A stretch of 64,000 bases of DNA. Source: Heteronotia binoei (taxonomy: Eukaryota). The position numbers and the translations under genes were made by a program. Position 1 is the stretch's first letter, and each line of letters opens with the position of its first letter. The DNA is taken from positions 89,900,001-89,964,000 of the forward strand of contig NC_083226.1 in assembly GCF_032191835.1 (NCBI RefSeq), given 5' to 3'. The notes under the pieces are model-generated. The model was not told the DNA's origin. It saw only the letters and a program-made list of their open reading frames with translations, and did not search any database. Shown here piece after piece: positions 23,774 to 35,172 of the stretch.

Positions 23774-24656
23774 CAGGGGTGTCAAGCTCATTTGTTATGA
23801 GGGCCAGATCTGACATAAATGGGACTTTGTGGGGCCAGGTACCAGAGATATAAACTTTATAAAGGACACTGACAAACACAATTAAAGATTTTTTTAAACT
23901 TAAAATACAAACATGCTTAAAACTCTTGCAATATTTTGTTTAAAATGAAAAGATGCGGAAATAGTGGGATTTGGCAATGCAATTGTTAAAATAAAACATC
24001 AAGAAAAAGCACAAGGATCACAGCAGAAAATAAAAATATGAAATGCTCTATGTCTAGTAAAACATGAAATCGCTCGGCGTTGCAAGCTTCTCTTGTTATC
24101 ACCCCCCCCCCCCAGTCTACTCAGATTGGCAATGACTCTCCAGTGTAATATCTTCCTTTGGCTGTGGATTCCTAGGTTAGAGTACTCACTAGGCACCAGT
24201 TCTCATGTCCCTTCAGCAGACACAAGCTGGCTCAAAACATCAACCCTTTATTTGCAAGGACACAACTCCAGGAAGCAACAGCTTCATCTGGCCATAGGAT
24301 TGCTGGAAAGTGCAACTGAGCCCTGCTGCACTGAAACACATTGTAGTGCAGATGAAGTTGCAAGAAAAACATGAAATGGATTTCCCATTAAGGTCTCTGG
24401 GCCCAAACAGATTATCTGGGCCCTGAGACCTTAATGGAAAATCCATTCTGAATTTTCTTTGCAGCTTTGCAAGCCCGGAAGAGCTTCCTACTGCTGCCGG
24501 CAAAGACAAGGCAGAAGGAGCTGGGAACTTTGGCAGCCTTGGAGCCTCAAAGGGGGGAGACAGGAGGGGGAGGAGGTGGGATAAAAGAGCCATGGAGCTG
24601 ATTGAAGCCCTGGGGAGACTAGTTCTGGCCCATGGACCAGACAGTTGACACCCTTG
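23774..24656. mobile_element. hAT-Charlie-like non-autonomous element
   Basis: CAGGGGTGTCAA...TTGACACCCTTG termini; same family as 43807-44408; TSD not matched. Confidence 0.7.
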
Positions 24657-27285
24657 GCCTAGAGTGTCACTCTACAGTGATATCGCATATTCTCTAAATT
24701 CCACTCTTTCCAGACAGCAAACCCCATAGACTGGCATTTGCAGCGGCAGTGCTGGAACCCCTGTTCTACTGAAACTTTCAGGTACTTGTGTGGAAGTCAG
24801 TACCATAAACAACATGATTTTGATATCTCCTTCATGCATTGCAATCACTTTGGAATGCTTCTGAGTATAATGTTGAATAGTTATCATTAGAAAACCAGAA
24901 TACGACGTCGAAGTGCCTGGAAGGGAGCGCAGAGCCAGCCGTTAACACGGCTATGCTCCGCCCCCCAAATTGCGCGCCCAAACAGGCGAACTCCTCCTCC
25001 TCCTCCCAGGGAGGCAAACGGAGCGACAGCAGCCTAGCAGCTATGCTGCAGGCTGCACGCTCTAGAATTTCTCACCAACTACATGTGCTGATGCTGACTG
25101 GTTTTCGCTTCTAAAATAGGTGAATAGCATAGGCAATACTTGTAGGGCTTATTTACACAGGCATTAAACACCTGGTTACCTATGCTTTGCTATGAAACTT
25201 GTTCATCACAAATTTTGGCTAGTTTGTGGTTTGCAAACTGAAGAAACCTCATGAACTTCCATGAATTTTGATGCAGTTCATGGTGGTTTGAGAAAAGAGC
25301 AGCTGAGGGGTGGGGAGCTTCCTACAGCTTGGCTGATGGATTAAATAGCTCCCAGTCATTTGAGGACCACTGCTCAACTGTTTGGAAATCTCTGCTTTCT
25401 GCTCCTCACAAAAAGTTGTGAAGAGTAGAAAGCAATGTTTTAAATTTTAAATGGTTCATAATCCAATATTAACTGGTTTGGTTCATAAATCAACATATCA
25501 GTTTATGGTTCAGCCATGAACCATAAACTGAACTAAACAAAAATGTAGCTCATGCCCTTTTCCCATAGTCTGTCATATTTCATGTGATAAAATTTGTAAA
25601 ATGATGCTGCACAAGTCTGGAATGGTATTAACAATTTTAACATTGTGCAACACCTCTTACAACAACTGAACCCTAGTTGTTCCTCTCCTAGTTTCTTTTA
25701 TTCTTAACTGGTACTCCAAAACTATTTCCCTCTATTCATGGAATACTTTAAGTTAATATTTCCATCTCAGGAATGCTTGAGAAGGAAACAAACCATATCT
25801 ACAGTCCACCACAATCAGTGAGTGGTCTATGAAAAATGACATTAAGCCATTGCTTTCTCTGACAAATGAATACCAACATTTGTATGACATAAGTAGCTGC
25901 TTATAGTCAAAGCTGTGTATTCTCTGGTTTTTTTTAAAAAATGCAGAAATTTTATGAGGCTCATACTCATCATAGCAAAAAATCCCAAGTGTTATAAAAA
26001 TGTTACTATGTGATAAAGAACAATGATTATTTTTTAAAAAAAAGAAAAGAAAAAATACAAGCTCCTTTTTTATTGCTGTTTTTATACAGCTGCACTAAAT
26101 GACTGCTGGTTTATAAATGTACAGCAGAGAATTTCACTTTATACTGTAACATCTCCCTTCCATACTAACTTCAATATATTTGCAATAAATAAAACACCTT
26201 TTCCTCTCTTATCCTCTGAATGTGAGAAACTTCTTTGCTCATGTTCTTGAAGCTTAGATGGACATGCAGCTGACACTATTCTTTTTCAATCCCTGCTGTA
26301 CTACTGAAAGCTTTTGTTGATCCTTGCGTGCAGTGCAGTTGTCCTTTCTGAGCTCCCAGACAACAATAGCCTCTCATGAGTATTGAGGCTCCTGCAGAAA
26401 GATGGCCCTAATCCCAGTGCTCCATCATCACAGTAATCTATTCCAATCAGGATTTGATAGATTTGACAGGCCATCTGTAGTTAAGTGAGACTGTCTCATG
26501 GCCAGTCAAAACCAGAGATGTTTGGCTGTCCTCTGCTCTGCTGGCTATAATGCAGACAAAAACAAGCTTGCAGTCAGATAATTTTTTAAAAGCCAAACCT
26601 ATAGAGTGAAATTCTTTTTCTGCCAAGGTAGAATGAAAACAACAGAGCAAAGTTTGTTAGGAAGGGAGAATGTGTATTTAGATTTGTATCTGGCCCTAGC
26701 CCAAAGACCTAGAGCAGTTTATGAACTGAAAATAAAACACAGAGAAAAATTAAAATGTTTTTACTGAGTTCCAGTTTTACAAGGAAAAGAAGAGAATCCC
26801 CCCAGCATGTATATATCATTTACCTTCTCTCCCAGTGACCCACTTTTATCTTATTGTTCTCTGTTCTACACAATTCCATCCCATTCCATAACCCAGCATT
26901 CCTTTATCTACTGAATCTTAGGAAAGCAGTGGAACATAAATATTTTAATATATGAATGAATACATAAAACAATCCCTCTCAGAGTTATTTATAGATGTTG
27001 GAAACTAGACATTGGAGCACATGATTTGATCCCCCATCTCTTGAAACTTCTATGAACAACTATGGAGGGGGATAATTTGGACTGTAACTACACCACTGTG
27101 TTACAGTGGGGTTTCCCAAGGCAAATAAGCCCCCTAGAGATGGTATCTGCGCTGCTGTTTATGTGTTTTCATGTGAAGGCATACAGCATTTTATGGTAGG
27201 GAAAAGATGAAGCATCTCCCCTGATAGCATTGTTCTGATCAACTTCATCCTGAAAATCTTGAAGTTCATTTTAGTGGGAGCTTAC

Positions 27286-27360
27286 CTTAAAAATATTGAC
27301 AATAGATAGTACAGCTGTCTTTGGTTTGCTGGACAGTTCCTCCTTGTACAACTTTGCCAT
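27286..27360 (-). CDS. Candidate first coding exon (MAKLYKEELSSKPKTAVLSIVNIFK), gene unidentified
   Basis: In-frame stop immediately before the ATG; strong AAG|GTAAG donor; unique sequence. Confidence 0.3.
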
Positions 27361-28389
27361 TTACTTTCTTCCTTCAGCCCCCCATGTTCTGCTTTTCAGC
27401 TTTTTAGCTGCTTTTCTTCTTGGAATGTGGCCAACAGTTTCTGGGGATGCTATCCTTGCACCTTTTCCCTCAGATGTCCTAGCAGAGCATCATGCAACTT
27501 TTCCCAGGCTAACAGATGTACTATTGAGTCCAAATCCATGGCTTCAGATCCCACTAGCCACCTATTCAGCAGCTGCTGCACACAATCACAAAATGTCCAC
27601 ATGCTTCTTGTGTGTCCCTTCTCATCTAGTGTTAGGGTTGTCAGGCCTCTCGCCATAGGAGAGGTCCTCCCACTGGTAACTTTTGTTGCCTGCTGCCACT
27701 CCAAGCAATAGTAAGAGAAAAACAAATACACAATGAGGCATGACATAACTTCTGGGAAAAGCCTGAAGAGAACTGAAGATCCTGTTGCTTCAAATATTGG
27801 TATGTTCATAGATATTATGATTTAGTTTTACCTTTATTTGTAAAGTTGTTAGGGTATATGATAAATATTTGTTACATTAGGGCTATTACCATATTTTGAA
27901 AAGCAAAAAAGAGTACATATTTCCTGACAATTTTAAATAAGTGATCGCTGTGGCAAATTTTATTTTAAATAACCCTATGATTTAGCTGTGATAATTGCTA
28001 CTAACTAGGAATATTCCTAGCCTTCCAACCTTAAAACATAAAATTTTCATCAGTTTTTTAAAAAGCAGCCCAAAACAGGACAAACACACAAAAAAGAGGA
28101 TAAATCCTCTAAAAAGAGGACATCTGGTAATCCCAGTTAAAACACTTTGATTTTTTTTTTTTAAAAAAAAAAAAAACAATTTCACATTTTTTTGCCAAGT
28201 CACAAAGGTGCTGTCAATTATTGAGTTGATTCCCCCTCTCCCCTCTCCTATTATAAAACATAATTTCAGAGAGGAATCTATGTAACAAGGGTTCTGCTGG
28301 GTTTCACAAGCATTTACAAAATTCACCAAAAATAGTTCCAGGTCTTCACTTTCAGCATTACAAGGCAGTCTCTAATAATCAACTTTCTT

Positions 28390-29010
28390 TTCTTTTTATT
28401 ATTTACAAAAGTTGTTTGCCAGCTTTCTACCCTAACAAGGGCCACCATGGCCGCTGACAATTTAAAATCAACACAATAAAATGACATTTTAGAACCATTA
28501 AAATCAACCCCTAATACACATTATTAAAACCATTAGAAACAGAATTAAAATGCATATAAAACATAAAAGCACTAATTAAAACACTGGTTTGGGAGGAGTA
28601 ATCACTGAGGGAATACCAACAAAAGAAGTCTTCATCTGCTGGCAGAAGATAGAAAAAGAAGAGGAGATAATTCCAAAGCTTTGGTGCCATGACCAAGAAG
28701 GCAGTCTCCCAGGTTGACACCTGCCTAACTGCAGAAGGTGGGGGTACCCAAAGCAGGGACTATGAAGATGACCATAGTGGCAAGGCAGGTTCATAAGGGA
28801 GTAGGTGGTCCTTCAGGCATGTTGCGCCCAAACTGTATAGGGCTTTGTATATCAAGACCAACATCTTGGATCATGTGTAGACCTGGCATAGACTGGCAGT
28901 ACTGGGGAGATAGGGTCCCTATGACCTATTTATAGGACCAATGGCTTAGAGGTGTTGGCATGGAAGATGGCCTCTGTGTTGCCCACAGTCTTTTTGGGTA
29001 ACTTGAAAGA
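28390..29010 (-). mobile_element. Degraded L2-like LINE 3' fragment
   Basis: AFLVMAPKLWN and L2-like 3' UTR resembling the 5511-6266 copy. Confidence 0.65.
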
Positions 29011-30728
29011 CTCTTTTGTGTGCTTGGTGGGTCTAATTCTCCTGGAACTGCCATCTCATCACTTCCACTTTGAGCACACTGGAGCCATAACTTCAGATAA
29101 ACCTTATTCTCTACATGATCAGGGCAGTTCCCCATGCAGGCCCAGCACTAGGGTTTCTAGCACCCCAGGCTGCCCCCGTCCCACAGGTGTCTATTTGCGT
29201 ACCTTGCGCATGCAATGCAATGATGTCACCAGAAGTGACATCATTGGGGTGTGAAGCCCTGTGCCTGGTCCTCTCCTGCTTCAAAGGTAGCTGCAAAGAC
29301 CTCTTCCTGGCTTTTTTTGAAGTGGGAGAGGGCCAGACATGGCAAGCCATGCCGCACCTGGATGGCAGTGGGCTTGCTCAGACTCCGACATTGGTGAGAC
29401 TTGGGCAGCCTTGGCGAGGTTGGGATGCAGCGGGTGTGCTTAGAGCCAGGCTCTGAGCGCACTCGCTGTCATGCCCCCCAATATCAGCAAGGCTCAGGAC
29501 ACAGCAGCTCTTAGAGCTGGGCTCTGAGCGTGCTCGCTGCCAGCCCCCCTGACTACGCTGAGGCTCAGGCAGCCTTGGCAAGGTTGGGAATGTAGCGGGC
29601 GGAGAGGGGGCACCTCTTGGTAAGCCTAGGTCAGGTGGCACCCCAGGCCACCACCTACTTGGCCAACTCCCACATGCTGACCCTGCCCCCATGGTTTGCC
29701 TGCTGTGAAGGTGAGAATCTCTGAACACAGTCTAAGCTCTTTTAAAAGAAGTGTCTTCATTTACTATAATGTACCCTTTAGATACTAGAACACAAGTACA
29801 TAGGAAAAATACATCACAGCCTTATAGGGTTAATGCAGAACTAAGAAAGCAAATGAAAGATATGGGTGCAACCAGAAAGCATAGCATCAAGTCTTTAGAA
29901 TGGACACAAGCCTGTTTGAACTTTGAAAACAGAGGCTGATCAAGACAGACTCCATTGTATTCCTGCCCCTCTTCCTGTTCTTTTTCCTGAGCACTACTGG
30001 CATGGTATCCAGAACTTTTAACTCTTCCTAACTCCACTGGGTGGATTCCCCTTGGGTTCCCCTAAGTTAGGGAGTGAAGCCTCATGTGTCCTTTTCTCCA
30101 GTCAACTTAAGGCACACATCTCAAACCTTTATTGTCCAACTCAGGGCATCCAAATAGTCACCCATTTTGCCCCTTCCTAGTAGTGTTATCTCCATGCAGG
30201 AGACTTATCTTTGTACAGCTGGCCATCTAATCAGTTCATAGCTCCTTTCCCTGAGAACTGGTTTCTCCTGGGCATCTTGAATCTCTCTGTCACAGAAGTA
30301 TTCACCTTTTAGAGCTGCCACCCCTGGCAAGGTTGAAGGGACTGCTCTCACTAAACTTCAGAACATGATTCTGCTGTATCTCATCTTTCTTTCCTCTCTA
30401 ATGTATTGTAACCTCTTCTACCACTGAGTAACCACATTATCCTTCTAGCTTCAAAGCACTCTTCCCAAACATAATTGAATTTCCCAAAAAAGTTGTGATG
30501 CCTAAGTTGTCTTTCAAGCTACAGCTTTTTTCTTTAAGGTCTTGGGTTGCAATTCTGTTTAATTATGAAGTAGCATTTGAAGACTGCTTCACATATGTTA
30601 ATTTTCCTAAATCAATATCCATTCAGTGTATGAATGAGCAAATACATTGTATGTATAAGACTGCACAAGATAAACACACACGGGTCTGTTTTGCTACTAA
30701 TGCATGCATGTCACTAATGCACACACAA

Positions 30729-31165
30729 GAGACTCAGTTTGGTATAGTGGTTAAGTGCATGGACTCTTATCTGGGAGAACTGGGTTTGATTCGTCTCTCC
30801 TCTACATGCACCTGCTGATGTGACCTTGGGTCATAAGAACATAAGAGAAGCCATGTTGGATCAGGCCAATGGCCCAACACTCTGTGTCAGTGTGGCCAAA
30901 AAAGAAAGGTTCACAAATGGGGCTAGAAGCCCTTCCACTTTGCCTCCCCTCCCTCCAGCACCAAGAATACAGAGCATCACTGCCCAGAGCATCACAGTTC
31001 CAATAATATGTTTTGGGGAGCCACAACTTTTCTCAGAGCTGTTCTGCTCAAGAGTAGTTTCTGTTAGAGCTCTCTTAGCCCCACCTTCCTCACAATCACA
31101 AGGTGTCTGTTGTGCAGAGGGGAAGGGAAAGGAGATTGTAAGCCGCTCTAAAACTCCTCCTCTTT
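30729..31165 (+). mobile_element. MIR-like SINE split by a CR1 3' tail (~30832-31017, minus strand)
   Basis: SINE head to ...GACCTTGGGT, then CATAAGAACATAAGAGAAGCC (CR1 tail), then the SINE body resumes. Confidence 0.75.
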
Positions 31166-31254
31166 TTTTTCCCACCCCAAACTCACAGAGCTTATTTACA
31201 GCCAAGATCCTGCCATGGCAACCACCTGTCTGATTCCACACTTGGTCTGAAGCA

Positions 31255-31378
31255 GTAGAACAAAGCTTGAGAGTCCAGTGGCATCTTTAAGACCAACAAA
31301 GTGTGTGCACAAGAAAGCTTATACCTTGAATAAAACATTGTTGATCTTAAAGGTGCCATTGGACTCAAGCTTTGTCCT
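31255..31378. repeat. Short inverted repeat resembling Penelope-like pseudo-LTR remnants
   Basis: ~40-bp arms (CAAAGCTTGAGAGTCCAGTGGCATCTTTAAGACCAACAA / TTGTTGATCTTAAAGGTGCCATTGGACTCAAGCTTTG); family assignment from memory of reptile Penelope-like repeats only. Confidence 0.45.
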
Positions 31379-31635
31379 AATGCAGTGAAATAGTTTTTGT
31401 TTCATAATTAATTTTCACCACTTTTTAAAAGGCAACCTGAAAAGATGAATATATTTGATAGCTGTAAAATTATTCTAATAAAATAGGCTATTAAAGTTAT
31501 TTTAGTAATATACCACTATTTATAGTATACCACTATGTAGTTTGGTGATGGAAAGTACCATCAAATTGCATTCAACTTATGGCAGCCTTGTAAAGTTTTC
31601 AAGGCAAGAAGCTCACTAAAATCAATGAGTTTAAG

Positions 31636-31840
31636 GTGCCCTGATCTGGGTGGCCCAGGCTAGCCTAATCTTGTCAGATCTCAGAAGCTAAGCATAGTCG
31701 ACCCTGGTTAGTATTTAGATGGGACATGATCAAGGAAGCCCGGGGTTGCTATGGAAAAACAGGCAATAGCAAACCACTTCTGAACATCTCTTGACTTGAA
31801 AGCTCTATGGGGTTACTATAAATTGGCTGTAATCTGATAG
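31636..31840 (+). mobile_element. 5S rRNA-derived SINE
   Basis: TCTTGTCAGATCTCAGAAGCTAAGCA...CCTGGTTAGTATTTAGATGGGA matches the 5S internal control region; followed by a Sauria-like CAGGCAATAGCAAACCAC tail. Confidence 0.8.
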
Positions 31841-31851
31841 CAGATCCTACC

Positions 31852-34800
31852 TAGGGGTGTGCCAAAAAAAAATGGAATTAATCGGATTTGGAAATATATG
31901 GGGCCAAAATATTTGGAATACCGTATATTTCTGAATACCGTTATTCGGAATAGCCGTATATATGGGAGATATACAGCTATTTCCGAATATACAGCCCCAT
32001 TATATTATATGGGTCATTGAAATCAATGGCAAAATAGGGTATATTGGAAGCCACCTGGAGAGGCAGGGATTTGAGGGAGAGCCCCAAAATTTGCAGGGAA
32101 CCTGCAGGGGACTTTCCCCTACAAAACCCCCAAGTCCCAAAAAGATTGGGCCAGGGGGTTCCTGTCTTTTGGCTCCCCAAAAGGCCCATTGCCACCAATG
32201 CTGGCGAAAGCCCAATTAACCACTGCCTCCACTATAATTGCTGTGGGGAAAGTGGCTCTGGCCAAAGGGGGGGGGGTTGAGGGAGAGGCCCCAAAACTGC
32301 ATGGCAGCTTCAGGAGACTCCCCCGTATGCAACTCCCCTGGCCCAAAAAGACTGCACCCATCTGTGGGCACCCGAAAAGGAACACTGTTCCCAATGGTGA
32401 GAAAAAATCAATTAGAGCGACTTCCCCCACTGTCCCCAAAGCTCATCTCCAAGGAGGGCTGCTCTTGCTGCGCCTCCTCCAGCTGCTGAGGCCAAGCGAC
32501 ATCAGCTGGAGGAGAGACTGCCCAAGCAGCAGACCCCTGCTCAGTGCCAGCACCTAATGGCACCTCTGTGGGGGTACCCCAGCAGCAGCCTCAATGAAGG
32601 GCCCAAGGCGAGCCTTCTTTATCACACTCCGGCCAGAGGTCAAAGTGCTGGAAGACAGTTGTGGAGTGGCCCTACACACAGGTGGGGGGAAAACCTGGGT
32701 CCTCCCCCTCCCCTCCACTCCTCTAGTCTTCTCCTTGGCCTTGCCCCAGGGCCCCTCTTCTGCTGCCTGTCACTCATGTCACCCCTGGCCAGTCTCACAC
32801 AACCTGAACTGAGAGTGGGTTTTTTTTTACAAACCTAACTCACTACACTGTACCCTGAACTAACAGGTACCCTGACTTCTTTTTAAAAATCCTCCCACCA
32901 AAACTTGTTTGTTTGGGTTTTTTTGTCCCTCATCTGTCCTTCTTTGGGTTGGGGTAGTAGTCTGGTAAAGTTTAGGAGACTAGGTGATCCTGCCTGTACC
33001 TGGCTACAGTTTTTAAAAGGCTACCTTGAGATGAAGGCAATCTTTTTTATACCCTCCTAGTTAAACTTCTCCTAGCTAGATCCTGGGACAAACCGGATTT
33101 CCTTGCAAACTAAAAATCAGGTGTCTCCTATAACTAGAGAGAAGCTGTGGTTTACCCTATGGAAATCTAAGGATGCACCAGCTTTCAGTGGCTGAAAGCA
33201 AAATGCACTGCAACCCTAGTCTCTTTAAAAGGGAGCCTAATGTGGCCTAGTAGTCACGCAGCCGTTTATGAGAAACCTAAAATCTTTTCAAATCACCCCT
33301 ATCTGGCCTAGTTGAATTTTGAAAGAAGATAAAGCCCTAAACTGGATTAATTTTTTTTTAAATTTCAAAAAAACACAATCCCTAAAAACACCCTTATTAG
33401 TGGGGCAGCCTATTTAGTGGCCCTAGCCAAACCGAAAGCACCCTCAGACTCCAAAAATAACTCTATAAGAACATGAAAGTGATTCACTCCACACAGCCCA
33501 CACACCAACCCCCTCACACCAACAAGAGGTAATTAAAAAAACTAAAACATGACAGAAAAAAACTTAACTTTTAACACACACCCCCCCCCCAAAAAAAGCA
33601 GAACCAGGAAAAGAGACAACAGAACAGGATGCAAAGCCAACAGCAACAGATCCAAACAAATCCAACTGAGAAAAGGCCAACAAACTCAGCTGTTAAAAAA
33701 CCTCAGGCCAAATCAGTCAACACCTCCCCACCAAAACCAGAACCAGGAAAAGGGACAACAGGACAGGATGCAAAACCAACAGCAACAGATCCAAACAAAT
33801 CGAACTGAGAAAAGGCCAACAAACTCAACTATTAAAAAAGTGACCTTTTTAACAATAAAAAACCTCAGGCCAAATCAGTCAATACCCCCCCACCAAAAAA
33901 AAAAAACCAGAACCAGGAAAAGAGACAACAGGACAGGATGCAAAACCAACAACAACAGATCCAAACAAATCCAACTGAGAAAAGACCAACAAACTCAAAA
34001 AACTTGATGTTTTAACAATCAAAATTAGGCCAAACAGTCCCTCCCCCAAACCAGAACCAGAAAAGAACAACATCAGCACAACACAGCAGCAACAAATCAA
34101 ACACAGAATCCTTTTAAAACAGTAAAAACCTTGACTTTTAACAATACAGGAACTCTGCCAACCCCTCCCCCCCAAAAAACCCTTCACCCTAACCCCAAGA
34201 AATCCAAGTCACTCAAATCAGGAAAAGTAAAAGGACACTGCACTTTTAAAAGTCCTCTCACTAAAGTAAGATATAGGCAAATTGGCAATCCCACCACCCC
34301 AGACCCCCACCCCCAGCAGAACCCCCTAACCCCAAATAACCCTACCCGCCCACCCAAATCTGGATAAGTAAAGGGACTTTGAGTCTTAAAAAGTCCTTTT
34401 ACTTTTATCCTAACTAAAATAAGAACAAGAACCCCAAGACTGCCTTACCTTAGATTTCTTCTCTTCTCCAGGCAGGTCAGGCAAGGCTGAGAAAGAGCAG
34501 CAGCAGCTGAGACCAAGGACCAGCACAGCACAATCTCTCTCACACACCAACACAGCAGCAATGGAATGGAGTCCAGCCAGGCAGATTCCTAAAAAAGGTT
34601 CTCTGACCCTACACAGAGCAGTTTCAAAAAATACCACTGCTCTGTGATTGGCCAGAGAACAGTGTTTACTTGTATACCCAAGTAAACAAAAGTAAACAAT
34701 GGTACTGATGGCTGGGGCATTAGCCCAGCCATCAGCTACACATCAGCCCTGCAAAGTATGCATTTGCAATGCATTTTGCAAATGCATGCTTTGGATTGGC

Positions 34801-35061
34801 TGCTGAGGCTCCTCTCCCCCTCCCCCTCCCAGGGAGGCTATAGGAGAGGCGGGAAAAGGCTTCCAAAGGTGGGAAAGGAGGCAAGCAGCTTCCCTGAGGC
34901 TGCAGAAGCTCCTTTTCTGCCTTTTACATTGACCTCCGAATACTTCCAAATATTGATTGATGCCTGCAAATTGGATTCGGAAGTTTTCTACACCATATAC
35001 TTCCAAATCAGGGGTTATTCAGTGGTTTATTTGGTTCAGCCAAACCGAATGCACACCCCGA
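31852..35061. mobile_element. 3.2-kb non-autonomous hAT element
   Basis: TAGGGGTGTGC...GCACACCCCGA termini; flanks ATCCTACC/GTCCTACC (7/8 TSD); CCGAAT/ATTCGG subterminal motifs at both ends; no transposase ORF found. Confidence 0.75.
33599..34075 (+). repeat. Tandem repeat, ~140-170-bp unit x ~3.5
   Basis: CAGAACCAGGAAAAGRGACAACAG... unit starts at 33599, 33738, 33908 and 34052. Confidence 0.9.
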
Positions 35062-35084
35062 GTCCTACCATCATAGTGTAGTAA

Positions 35085-35172
35085 CAGTACAATCCTAAAG
35101 ATACTTAGTCCAGTCTAAGCCCATTAAAATGAATAGGCTTAGACTGGTGTAACTCTCTTTAGGATTGCACTG
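35085..35172. mobile_element. Harbinger/Tourist-like palindromic MITE
   Basis: CAGTACAATCCTAAAG/CTTTAGGATTGCACTG TIRs flanked by TAA on both sides. Confidence 0.7.

Noticed and set aside
26070-26600. Terminal exon of the candidate minus-strand gene (acceptor ~26598, AATAAA ~26070)
   Set aside because: Would give only a ~42-aa product and several alternative acceptors are equally plausible; cannot be supported without transcripts.
31636-31740. 5S rRNA gene
   Set aside because: Diverged from 5S, lacks correct 5' and 3' ends and continues into a SINE tail.
33549-34187. ORFs of 152 aa and 102 aa
   Set aside because: They are translations of the A/C-rich tandem array; no protein motif.
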